DNA of 64,000 nucleotides from Octopus sinensis. Taxonomy: Eukaryota. The position numbers and the translations under genes are program-made. The DNA is taken from the NCBI RefSeq assembly GCF_006345805.1, contig NC_043011.1, positions 33,988,464-34,052,463 on the forward strand, read 5' to 3'. Positions 52,152-64,000 of this stretch are shown here, piece by piece; positions within the stretch are counted from its first letter, which is position 1, and each line of letters begins with the position of its first letter. The notes under the pieces were generated by a model, which was given only the letters and a program-made list of their open reading frames with translations, was not told where the DNA came from and made no database searches.

Positions 52152-52445
52152 GTGGAGGCGCAATAGCCCAGTGGTTAGGGCAGCGGACTCGCCATCGTAT
52201 GATCGCGGTTTCAATTCCCAGACCGGGCGTTGTGTGTGTTTATTGAGCTAAAACACCTAAAAAGCTCCACAAGGCTCCGGCAGGGGGTGGTGATCCCTGC
52301 CGGAGCCACTCTTTCTCTCACTCTTTCTTCTGTTGGCCTGCTCGCTTAGCCAGCGGAGTGGCGTCATTCGAAGGCTAAAACAATGCAAACGCATTGTAAC
52401 CAGCGATGTGTAGCAATATCTGATGGTCTGGTCAGTCACGTGATA
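52152..52445 (+). mobile_element. tRNA-derived SINE (same head as 13345, different body)
   Basis: tagcccagtggttagggcagcggactcg...ggtttcaattcc; related copy near 57858-58120. Confidence 0.8.
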
Positions 52446-52718
52446 TATATATACACATACACACACACACACATCATCATCATCATCATCATCGTTTAAC
52501 GTCCGTTTTCCGCGCTAGCACGGGTTGGACGGTTTCGACCGGGGTCTGGAGAGCTCGGGACTGCCCCAGGCTCCAGTCTAGTCTGGCAGTGTTTCTACAG
52601 CTGGATGCCCTTCCTAACGCCAACCACTCCGCGAGTGTAGTGGGTGTTTTTTACGTGCCACCTGCACAGGTGCCAGAGGGGTCTGGCATCGGCCACGTTC
52701 GGATGGTGCTTTTTTTAT

Positions 52719-53343
52719 GGGGGGGTGCAGAAATATAGGGGAGCACCAGTGGGAGGGGTGGTTCAGAGGACAGGTAATAGGCAAGTAGAACGTAGGATAT
52801 CGAGAGAGGGGTAATGCATGGTGAAATAGCGTATTGAAGAGGGGGGTTCAAAGAGTAGACACCTATAATGGTGGTGGGGGGTGCAGAAATATAGGGGAGC
52901 ACCAGTGGGGGAGGGTGGTTCAGAGGACAGGTTCTAGGCAAGTAGAACGTAGGATATCGAGAGGGGGTAATGCATGGTGAAATAGCGTATTGAAGAGGGG
53001 GGTTCAAAGAGTAGACACCTATAATGGTGGTGGGGGGGTGCAGAAATATAGGGGAGCACCAGCGGGAGGGGTGGTTCAGAGGACAGGTTCTAGGCAAGTA
53101 GAACGTAGGATATCGAGAGAGGGGTAATGCATGGTGAAATAGCGTATTGAAGAGGGGGGTTCAAAGAGTAGACACCTATAATGGTGGTGGGGGGTGCAGA
53201 AATATAGGGGAGCACCAGTGGGAGGGGTGGTTCAGAGGACAGGTTCTAGGCAAGTAGAACGTAGGATATCGAGAGAGGGGTAATGCATGGTGAAATAGCG
53301 TATTGAAGAGAGGGGTTCAAAGAGTAGACACCTATAATGGTGG
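52719..53343. repeat. G-rich minisatellite, ~156-bp unit, 4 copies
   Basis: gtgcagaaatatagggg recurs at 52725, 52881, 53038 and 53194. Confidence 0.95.
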
Positions 53344-53396
53344 GAGAAACGACATCCGGTATTGGTGGTGGGGGTGGGTAGGGCGGGCGCGCCGCG

Positions 53397-54031
53397 AAGA
53401 ACCGGCAGCCAATTTCTAATCAGCCCTGTAAGGGAGATAGATCTTAAATATCTATAACGATAACTAGTGAATTATACAGAATATGCAAAAACGAGGCGAG
53501 GCTGAAATAGTAACAGAGTGGCGACTAGGGGGATCAGAATAATAATATTAATAAATAATAATAATAAATAGAGATACGGATGAATTAAAGTTCAAAGATT
53601 CTTATCTTGGGATCACTTCGTTTACGGACAGACTGGCAAAAGGAATTCGGAATCAAGAGTGAGGCAGGTTACTAGCTTAAGTATGCATAGCCATGTCGAG
53701 GAGTAGGAAGAGGAGTCCAGACAGACAATGTAAAAAGAGGGGGAGAGAAACCCCGCAAAGAACCGGCAGCCAATTTCTAATCAGCCCTGTAAGGGAGATA
53801 GATCTTAAATATCTATAACGATAACTAGTGAATTATACAGAATATGCAAAAACGAGGCGAGGCTGAAATAGTAAATAGACTGGCGACTAGGGGGATCAGA
53901 ATAATAATAATTAATAAATAATAATAATAAATAGAGATACGGATGAATTAAAGTTCAAAGATTTCTTATCTTGGGATCACTTCGTTTACGGACAGACTTG
54001 GCAAAAGGAATTCGGAATCAAGAGTGAGGCA
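53397..54031. repeat. Tandem duplication, 361-bp unit, ~1.75 copies
   Basis: aagaaccggcagccaatttc at 53397 and 53758; second copy stops at gagtgaggcag. Confidence 0.93.
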
Positions 54032-55284
54032 GATATATACACATACAGTTGAAATTTATATTAAAACAAAAGATGAAGACAGGTGTATGAACAACAAGCA
54101 GGCATTTGGGAAAATGAAAAAGTCTTTGACGTTTCAAGCCTATGCTCTTCTACAGAAAGAAATAAATAAGAGAAAACAGAGAGAGAATGAAAAAAAAAAA
54201 CGTGTAGATTTAGTGAAGAGAGGTGTATGAAAAACAAGCAAGTGTATTAGTTTGACACTTGAGAAAATGCTGATATATAATTGCACATGGTAGTACATGG
54301 AATATATTATTTCATGCAAGAATATTGCTAAAAGTAAGACTGCTTTTTTTTTTTTGTTGTTGTTGTTTTTTTCCTCAAGTCCTACAGCTCATAAAGCTGG
54401 TTATTCAGTTTCCATGGCATATCACTGACTGAGATCACAACAATCATGAAGTAATTGCCATTGGAGTATCTGAAGAAATAGCCAATCTTCAGGCATTTGC
54501 TGGCAACCTGCCCAAGAGCTTAGACTGCACACTCGATAAATCATGAAATGATGAAACGTATGTGAGTCAATTCCTAATGTCTCAGCTACCAAGGCTTGTA
54601 AATGTGTATTAAATATGTTGCATAAGATTTTCATAAATGGACTTATTCAAAATAATGTTGTCTTGGTGCTTTTGTTTATTTAATGCCTACCAACTGAAGC
54701 TAGTGACTAACAATGGACTAAATTACTATATTCTTCTCAAGATTAGGCATTTCAATGTGATTATACCATTGCCTGTGTAATGAGTACTACACAGCATACT
54801 AGTATACACAAGTGAAAGATGTGTAAAGGTTATGTAATATATGACACTATAAAAAAGGAGTTTAACAAAATCTGCTTTGTTTTCCTCTGATGTGCACATG
54901 TGTCATCCAGTCCACTCCATAAAGTGGCTGGAATGGCATCCAACGAGAAAAACCATGCCAAAGCAGACAATAGAATGTGGCACAGTCCTCTGGCTTCACC
55001 CCTCCTGTCTAACCATCCATCTCATGCCAGCAAGCAAGATGGATGTTAAATGATAATGATAATAGATATTCATATATACAAGTATATTATATGTGTATAT
55101 ATATATATATAATATATATATATATTATATATATATATATATTATCTTGGAGACAATATGGAAGTGTATAGAATATCAAGTATTTATAGAATGGCCATTT
55201 CCATATTCATACATCAGAGTTATCTCAAAGTTTTTAATGTGCATCTCCATAATACCCTTCAAAGTCTAACAAATTCCTCATTAC

Positions 55285-55326
55285 CATAATTCCCAATACC
55301 TCCAAATTTAATGTCTGTCACTGGCA
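55285..55326 (-). CDS. ITSN1: Intersectin candidate exon, EH1-EH2 linker (42 nt, phase 1-1)
   Basis: taattttcag|TG...TATG|gtaatg; reads xPVTDIKFGGIGNY-G, stop-free, phase matches the 50403 acceptor. Low-complexity linker, so homology support is weak. Confidence 0.5.
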
Positions 55327-57080
55327 CTGAAAATTACTGCATCATATAACTGTGGATATAAAATCATTCAAAATTACAATTTTATCTGCAAAAAGTTGTT
55401 TGTGCTTATATTATTATTATTATTATTATTTGGCTGTTTTAGCAATCAGTAGTTTCAGTAACTTCACCAATACAAAAACACATTTTGTTTGGCTGGGAGT
55501 ACAACAGAACTAACTGTCCATTTTCTCTTGCAAGTTATAGACACAGATCTCATAAAATTGCACAATCAGTTCCTTTGCAGATGAGAAAAGTCAGCTTTTA
55601 TAGAGTCAAAGACAATAAGTCACGTATGAATTTTATTGAAAAGACACATAATTTCACAATATACTGAAAAAGAAATTATTTATAATCATATGTTAATATA
55701 CAGCATTGGCATATATAGGAGACACAATCAAAAAGAGAAAAAGAAAACTGTACACGCTTATTATAAACATAACAATACCTTGTCTAAACAAACACAGAAT
55801 AGGTGAAACAAATCAGTGAAATAAACATCAGAGAAGCTTTACACCATGCAGGAAATGCTTAACGATAGTGCAAGCTCTTCTCCTGATGGTGAATAAGCTA
55901 TCACAATGTTGGAAGATCTTTTTTATCTTCAGCAAGTATCTTAGGGTCACAAGCATTTCGCCCCTTAACCTGTATACTTTGCCTGAGGGAAATAGAAACG
56001 AGTGAATTAACCCTCCCTTACAAAATAATTCTATCTGATACATTGTTAAAAGGGGGACACTACTCCACAGAAAATAAAACATCTAAATTGGTTTATAATG
56101 TTCCTTTCACATCAAGTTGGGACCAGAATTTAAGGCCTCAGACAGCATAATTTATTTGCAGGTTACACATTTCTAAGTGTACAAGTATATGGTTCAAATC
56201 CTGACTAGGCTCATTAAAATAACAATTAGGTAAGTTACAGAAGCAATAGTGGACTGAAATATTCAGTACTATAGCCACCTGAGGGTTGATTTAAGTAGAT
56301 TGGAAGCTAACAGACCAAAATGTGAACCACAAGAGAACGGTTTCAGGATAACAGGTGTAAATATTAAGGAAAAAGGAAAAGAAAAACCATATCCCTCCTT
56401 TCTTGGAAATTTAGCCACAATAATGCCATCAACTGATCTATAAAACACTTGATTTTTGAAACACAAACATCCCTAATTAAGAAAATAAATTTCATTTACT
56501 GTCCAATTCATTATATTCTTTCTCTTGTAAAGTGAAGATGTGTGACCTAGTGGTTAAAGTGTTGCATTCATGATTGCAAGGTCATGGTTTCAAATCTCAG
56601 ACCAAGTGGTGCATTGTGTTCATTAGCAAATCTCTTCATTTCACATTGCTCCAGTCCACTCAGCTGTAAATGAGTAACCTTCAATGAACTGGCATCTTCC
56701 TTCAGGGGGAATGTTGTGATCTCAGTCACTTAATATGCCATGGAAACTGGATAACTATCCTCATGATTCATAGGAATTGAGAGAGTAATGAGCAAGGGAC
56801 TTACTTTTTCCCTTGCAGACATTGGCCAAATGTCTTGTTAAGAAACATTATTGTAAATTATTATGAAACATGTTACAAACAGGTATTAGGAAGGGCATCC
56901 AGCCATAGAAAGCCATGCCAATTCAGACTGGAATCTGGTGCAGCCTTCCAGCTTATCAGCCTTGGTCAAACTGTCCAACCCATGTCAGCATGGACAATGG
57001 ATATATGATGATGATGATATATATATATATGTGTATATATATATGTGTATATATATATATATATATAATATATATATATA

Positions 57081-57302
57081 TATCTGTAAAATAATATGTG
57101 ACAATTATTTGGTAGCCAAGATAAAACTCTGAGTTTCGGATGCCGAGGTGGAAATCCACAACACTGTCTCTTCGGTTTTCTGGCCATCTGAAAAACACTA
57201 TGAAAAAAAAAATAGATGGTGTTGTGGATTTCCACCTCAGCATCCAAAGCTCAGAGTTTTATCTTGGCTACCGAATAATTGTCACATATTATTTTACAGA
57301 TA
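57081..57302. mobile_element. Foldback/MITE-like element (~84-bp arms)
   Basis: Arms 57081-57164 and 57219-57302 are near-perfect reverse complements; left end abuts (TA)n. Confidence 0.85.
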
Positions 57303-57723
57303 AATTTCCTCTATCTACATAATATTGAGGTCTCTTTCTTTTGTTATCTTACCATTTTTACCAATATATATATATATATATATAAAATGCCATAGTGGTA
57401 TTGACTGGATAATCTGAATTTGATATGGGCCACTGGTTACAATATGCTTTACATTATTTTAACTTTCGAATGATGCCATGCTGCTAGCTAGACAGACAGG
57501 CCAACGTTCCCTCTGAATGAAATGCCAGTTGGTCACAGGGTTACCCATTGACAATTGAATGGTGTGGAGCAAAGCAATATAAAGTGTTTTGCTCAAGAAC
57601 ACAAAGTGCTGCCAGTCTGAGAATTAAAATCACAATATTGTAATTGTAAGTGCAACATGTTAACCACTATGCCATGTACATCAACACACTCACATATACA
57701 TATATAAATACAGATACACACAC

Positions 57724-57766
<43 letters not shown>

Positions 57767-58744
57767 TTAAGTAGTTAAACTACAGTTGGGTTTTTAATAC
57801 ACATTATGTTGTCTGCATATATTTATTAAGTATACACACACACACACACACACACATGAAGGTGCGTGGCCTGGTGGTTAGGCTGTTGCACTCACAATCG
57901 CTGGATCATGGGTTCGATTCCTTGATTGGTCGGCATCTTTTGTTCATGAGCAAAACATTTCATTTCACGTTGCCCCAATCCCACTTTCGATTGGGGGTGG
58001 GGAGCTTGCTCACCTAGCCAGTGGGGTAGCATTATTTGAAGGCTAAAACAATGCAAAAACACACCTTGTGACCACTGATGTGTAACATCTAGCATGCTGG
58101 TTAGTCACATGATCATGTGACACACACACACACACACATGTATATACATACATCACTGCATATGTTTATTTATATATATATATATATTATATATATATAT
58201 ATATATACATACATGACCAACCACTCTATACACCCCAACCACTTCATGTTCCTAAAGTTTATATAAAGCAAAAACATACCTAAATTGCTCAATGTCAAAA
58301 TACACTATGAATAAACTTATGTAATATGAATGAAGTTGCACATTAGAAACTGAGAACTATAATTAGTGCAGTAACAGCCTTTCTGAACAGGCTATTGCAT
58401 TAGAGGAATCTATAATTAATTTCTTGTCAGCAAATCATGCAGTGCTGTAACTAGTAAAGCAATTATTAGAGAATGAAAACTTCCCACAGTTTATAGTTCT
58501 TTGTTTGTCTCGGTCATTGGATTGCAGCCTTGCTGGGGCACTGCCTTGAAGGGTTTAGTCAAACAAATCAACTTCAATATTTACTTTCTTTTCTTTTTCT
58601 TTTTTTTTAATTTCCAAGCCTAGTACTATTCTATCAGTCTCCGTTTGCTAGACTTCTACGTTAAAGGAACGTAAACAAAATAACACAGCTTGAAGAGTGG
58701 AAGTGGGGGACAAACATACACACACTATGTATGTGTATATATAT

Positions 58745-60416
58745 ATAAACACACACACACACACATGGTTGGCTTCTTTCAGTTTCCATCTATGAAATCC
58801 ACTTAAAAAGCTTCGGTCAGCCAGAGGCCTGGAGCTTTAGTAGAAGACACTTGCCCAAAGCATCACATAGTGGGACTGAACTTAAATCCATGTCGCTGCA
58901 AAACAAGCTTCTTAACCACACAGCCATGACTGCAGTTCAGATTCTTCAGTTTACAAAAATTACTTTTACCATTCTATGGAAATTGCAATCTAATCATTAC
59001 CACAAAAATCAATACCAATTTTAAAAAATGATAACCAACACACCAACACTTCTCAATCCACAGTCACGTTCAGTTGTCCAAATAATGCTGTTCAGACTTA
59101 GAAGCTGTATGAGATATACTAATTTTAAAGCAATAATAATAGTAGAAGGTGAAAAAGATATATGTATTAGATGCATATGTCTGATGCCTGCCTACCCAAA
59201 GATTGTATACAATCTTCATGGTGTTTATATCCATGTGGGTGAATGTGAGAGAAGGTATCTAGTGAGATGTGTGTTTATACATTCTTACATACACACACAC
59301 ACACACACACCACACACACACACATGGTTGGCTTCTTTCAGTTTCCATCTATGAAATCCACTTAAAAAGCTTCGGTCAGCCAGAGGCCTGGAGCTTTAGT
59401 AGAAGACACTTGCCCAAAGCATCACATAGTGGGACTGAACTTAATCCATGTCGCTGCAAAACAAGCTTCTTAACCACACAGCCATGACTGCAGTTCAGAT
59501 TCTTCAGTTTACAAAAATTACTTTTACCATTCTATGGAAATTGCAATCTAATCATTACCACAAAAATCAATACCAATTTTAAAAAATGATAACCAACACA
59601 CCAACACTTCTCAATCCACAGTCACGTTCAGTTGTCCAAATAATGCTGTTCAGACTTAGAAGCTGTATGAGATATACTAATTTTAAAGCAATAATAATAG
59701 TAGAAGGTGAAAAAGATATATGTATTAGATGCATATGTCTGATGCCTGCCTACCCAAAGATTGTATACAATCTTCATGGTGTTTATATCCATGTGGGTGA
59801 ATGTGAGAGAAGGTATCTAGTGAGATGTGTGTTTATACATTCTTACATACACACACACACACACACACACATGGTTGGCTTCTTTCAGTTTCCATCTATG
59901 AAATCCACTTAAAAAGCTTCGGTCAGCCAGAGGCCTGGAGCTTTAGTAGAAGACACTTGCCCAAAGCATCACATAGTGGGACTGAACTTAATCCATGTCG
60001 CTGCAAAACAAGCTTCTTAACCACACAGCCATGACTGCAGTTCAGATTCTTCAGTTTACAAAAATTACTTTTACCATTCTATGGAAATTGCAATCTAATC
60101 ATTACCACAAAAATCAATACCAATTTTAAAAAATGATAACCAACACACCAACACTTCTCAATCCACAGTCACGTTCAGTTGTCCAAATAATGCTGTTCAG
60201 ACTTAGAAGCTGTATGAGATATACTAATTTTAAAGCAATAATAATAGTAGAAGGTGAAAAAGATATATGTATTAGATGCATATGTCTGATGCCTGCCTAC
60301 CCAAAGATTGTATACAATCTTCATGGTGTTTATATCCATGTGGGTGAATGTGAGAGAAGGTATCTAGTGAGATGTGTGTTTATACATTCTTACATACACA
60401 CACACACACACACACG
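58745..60416. repeat. Tandem triplication, ~550-bp unit bounded by (CA)n, containing a SINE head
   Basis: atggttggcttctttcag at 58765, 59324 and 59871; near-identical 108/108/98-aa ORFs in the track. Confidence 0.95.
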
Positions 60417-60789
60417 CAAATGTATATAAGTACATATATGAGTGTTTATGTGTACCCACACTCTCACACAAAATTTGTGTATGAGTGTGTGTATAGTGTG
60501 AGTGCGTATATATATATATATATGATATATATATTAATATTTTATTTATATATATATATTAATATTTTATTTATATATATATATATATGTGTGAATGGAT
60601 GTATGTATGTTGCTACATCACTACTATATACATACATTTAAAGGAAACCAATTTTAATGGACAGAATTTAATCCAAGCTTAATTAGTACTAAACTTCAAA
60701 CATATTAAAAGGATGTACAAGTCATTACAAGTGAACAGTAATCAAACAATTTGATTAAACTCAATAATAATAATTACCATAACAATAAC

Positions 60790-60821
<32 letters not shown>

Positions 60822-60849
60822 CAACAACATCAACAACTATAATAAAATT

Positions 60850-61662
60850 CTAATTTTGGCATGAGGCTAGCAATTTTGAGAGGAGAGGGAAGCAAATGAC
60901 ATCAACCCTAGTGCATAACTAGTACATATTTTATCAAGGATGAAAGGCAAAGTTGACCATGGTAGTAGCCAAACTTAGAATATAAGAAGCCAGAAGAAAC
61001 AGCACTAAGCATTTTGTCTGGCATGTTAATAATTCTGCCAGTGTGTTACCTTTATGATTTCAAATTTTTGGCACACAGCCATCAATTTTTTTACGGAAGG
61101 GGTCAAGCTGATTACGTTGACCCCAGTGCTTAACTGGCACTGATTTTCTTCAACTCCGGGAGAATGAAAGGCAAAGTTGAGCTGGGTAGAGCTTTAACTC
61201 AGAACATGAAGAGCCAGATCAAATGCTGCTAAGCATTTTGTCCAACTGGGAATAATAATAATAATAATAATATCATAATAATAATAATAATAGCCGTTTC
61301 AAATTTTGCCACAAGGGCAGCTATTTTGCAGGGAGGGGATAAGCCAATTACATCGACCCCAGTGTTTCACTGGTACTTAATTTATCAACCCTGAAATTAT
61401 GAAAGGCAGAGTCGGCCTCGGCAGAATAAGAATAATAATAATAATCCCAACCTCTGTAGGCACAAGGCCTGAAAGTTTGGAAAAGGGGGTTAGTGAATTA
61501 CATCATTCCCAGTCCTTGACTGGTACTTTATTTTATTGGCCCCCGCCGAAAGGATGTAAGGCAAAGTCAGCCTTGACAGGATTTGATCTCAGAATGTAAA
61601 GAGCCCAAAAATAATGCTGCTAAGCATTTTGTCTGACCCGCTAACTATTGTGCCTAGTCATC

Positions 61663-61700
<38 letters not shown>

Positions 61701-61940
61701 TAATAATAATAATAACCCTTTCCACTACAGGCACAAGGCCTGAAATTTGGTGGGAGGGGGGCAGTCGATTAGATCGACCCCAGTACACAACTGGTACTTA
61801 ATTTATCAACCCTGAAAGGATGAAAGGCAAAGTCAACCCTGGTGGCATTTGAACTCAGAACGTAAAGACACGAAATATTGCTAAGCATTTCACCCGGCAT
61901 GTGAACGTTTCTGCCAGCTCACTGCCTTAATAATAATAAT
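60850..61940 (-). mobile_element. Cluster of ~5 same-orientation SINEs separated by (AAT)n
   Basis: Repeated gaccccagt...ctggtact...gaaaggcaaagt...ctaagcattt blocks; the opposite orientation occurs at 9632-9845 and as a cluster at 14200-15130. Confidence 0.8.
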
Positions 61941-62944
61941 AAGTGTATCAACAAGAACGACAACAACAATAATGTTAATGGTAATAACAATAATAATAAA
62001 AACAAACTAAACTAAAACTAACAGCAATTTGTCTAAAGCAGAGCTAAGGCAATCAATCAATCAATACTGTTACATAAGCATCAACAGGGTGCAGACTTGT
62101 TGATTTAATGATTTCAGATATAAGCAACTATACGCCTGATTGGATATACTGTGTAGAGTGGGCAGGATTGACAATGTGAAACAGATGATTGCTAACATTG
62201 CACCAAGTTATGAAAACAGTAGCCAGGTATTCAGAAGCCAAGGCTGAAGTAAACTGCAAAGCCATGTGTATATACACATGTGTGCATATATATATATATG
62301 TGTATGTGTAGAATATATGTGTGTACGTGAGTGTTGTGTGTATATACACATACACACACACCACACACACACACATACATACATATATGCATGTATGCCT
62401 TCATGTAGATATGCACACACACATATGTAAATAAATAAATATATATATATATACATACCCACACACACACATACATGTCTACATGTAGATATATACACAC
62501 ACTTGTAAATACATACATACATATATGTGTGTGGTGATCTGATAAGTTACTTTTTTTTTATTCGCAATGATTTGTGAATATACAATTTTATTGTATAGTG
62601 CTGAGCATACACATTCATGTAAACATAAATGTATTATTTTTGCATACTGATATTAATACTACCTCAAGAAGGTTACGAAACAGCTGTAATCATATGGAAG
62701 CCATATGAAAAAAAAATCTATCTTTACCTCTCACACCTCTTAACTTTGTTTTTATATATGCTTCAATGAAAAATTCATCACTCAGACTTTCTGATTTTCA
62801 GTTTCATAGACACATTACTTTGTAATTGATTACTACATAGACTGATAGCCAAGTCTGTAGGAGGAGCTTACTGTGATAGCTGCGTGGTTCTCTGAATCCA
62901 CGCTATATTTCTCTCTCTTTCATATATATATATATATATATATG

Positions 62945-63049
62945 CATCCACAGAGGACCAGCTTCATTTTGATGTATGATACATGTTCCTGTGTTGGTAA
63001 TTAAACCTGTCCTAAACAAAATGGCATTACTTTTTGACTCACCCTCGTA
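62945..63049 (-). mobile_element. mariner-type terminal fragment
   Basis: Minus strand reads TA-CGAGGGTGAGTCAAAAAGTAATGCC, a mariner-style terminus at a TA site in (TA)n. Confidence 0.65.
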
Positions 63050-63189
63050 TATATATATATCATCATGATCATTTAATGTCCATCTTCTATACTGGCATGG
63101 ATTGGACAGTTTGACAGGAGCTGGTAAACCAGAGGACAGTGTCAAGCTTCACTGTTTACTTTGGCATGGTCCTTACAGCTGGATGCCCT

Positions 63190-63410
63190 AAGGGGAATAA
63201 TGTCCCAGTAAAAACTGCAATGACATGGTTATCAAATGGTGGAAAGAGACCAAAGGGTAGGGTAAAGAAAACCTGGAAATTCACCTTCAAAGGTGGCCTT
63301 CGCAGTTGTGGTACAAACTGGTTTCAATTTCCAGCTCTTGCCAAAGACAGAAAAAAAGATGGCAGAGCACAGTGGCCTGTTGCCATGAGGCCAGAGGAAC
63401 GAGAATAGTA
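63190..63410 (+). mobile_element. RTE-like LINE C-terminal fragment
   Basis: PVKTAMTWLSNGGKRPKGRVKKTWK.TFK..L...G..W......AKDR. Confidence 0.75.
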
Positions 63411-64000
63411 GCAAACATGAATATATTTATATATGTAAATATATATGTATCATCATTATTTGATGTCCATGTTGCCATGGGCTAGTTGTTTAACAGGATG
63501 CAATGGGCCCAAGGACTGGAAATTTTGTTTTGTTGCTCCGTGATTGGGGGGGGGGAGAACATTCTGTATTTTTTTTTGTTTATTCATCTAACCACTATGA
63601 TATGTGGCAATAACTATGTCACCTACAATTAATTAAGCAGAGGAGGAATATGAACACAAACTACCAAATAAGTAAAAAGGAGCACTCCATCGGTTACGAC
63701 GACGAGGGTCCCAGCTGATACAATCAACGGAACAGCTTGCTCGTGAAATTAACGTGCAAGTGGCTGAGCACTCCACAGACATGTGTACCCGTAACGTAGT
63801 TCTCAGGGAAACTCAGTGTGACACAGAGTGTGACAAAGCTGGCCCCTTTGAAATACAGGTACAACTCATTTTTGCCAGCTGAGTGGGCTGGAGCAACGTG
63901 AAGTAAAGTATCTTGCTCAAGGACACTACGAGTCGTCGGAAATTGAACTCATGACTTTACAATCGTGAGCCGAATGTCCAAACCACTAAGCCACGTGCCT

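Noticed and set aside
55779-55783. 5-nt microexon-like gtttgtttag|ACAAG|gtattg (minus)
   Set aside because: Frame-shifting, no partner exon found, and such short matches are expected by chance in 64 kb.
56805-56833. 29-nt exon-like segment reading IWPMSAREK (minus)
   Set aside because: Weak acceptor; that frame ends in phase 0 and does not fit the phase-1 acceptors downstream.
57139-57167. GTGG-aaat-CCAC...tgtc resembling the 2691 motif
   Set aside because: Neither CTGANGA nor GAAA is present in either arm.
62657-62692. ctcaaga...GAAAC-AGCT-GTA, resembling a minimal hammerhead
   Set aside because: Core G5 is missing and helix I does not pair; at most a decayed remnant.
55327-64000. Search for EH1-domain exons
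   Set aside because: No EF-hand or SGLP-like coding segment with splice sites found; the gene 5' end probably lies beyond the window.

Overview
AT-rich eukaryotic (animal) genomic DNA with a very heavy load of microsatellites, SINEs and MITEs. The repeat families suggest a coleoid cephalopod, probably Octopus; this is an inference, not a database result. One protein-coding gene crosses the whole window on the minus strand: an intersectin (ITSN1/Dap160-type) gene. I traced 14 exons (about 1.5 kb coding) with GT-AG ends and matching phases. They cover the EH1-EH2 linker, the complete second EH domain and the KLERQ coiled coil; EH1 and the SH3 domains lie outside the window. Nearly all entries in the supplied ORF track are microsatellite or satellite translations, and it misses most real exons. 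The introns hold the most interesting structure. (1) A ~6.8 kb inverted duplication (24388-31188) plus a third direct copy (22270-24387), each carrying a type I hammerhead ribozyme motif; one intact copy is on the pre-mRNA strand and its antisense is transcribed first. (2) A second, Penelope-type minimal hammerhead motif inside a small foldback element near 2700. (3) A 6.7 kb array of ~125 x 54 bp grown out of the 3' end of an RTE-like LINE remnant. (4) Candidate alternative, micro and poison exons. (5) Several microsatellite-bounded tandem duplications, some of which may be long-read assembly artefacts. Repeat boundaries are approximate; exon and ribozyme coordinates were counted by hand.
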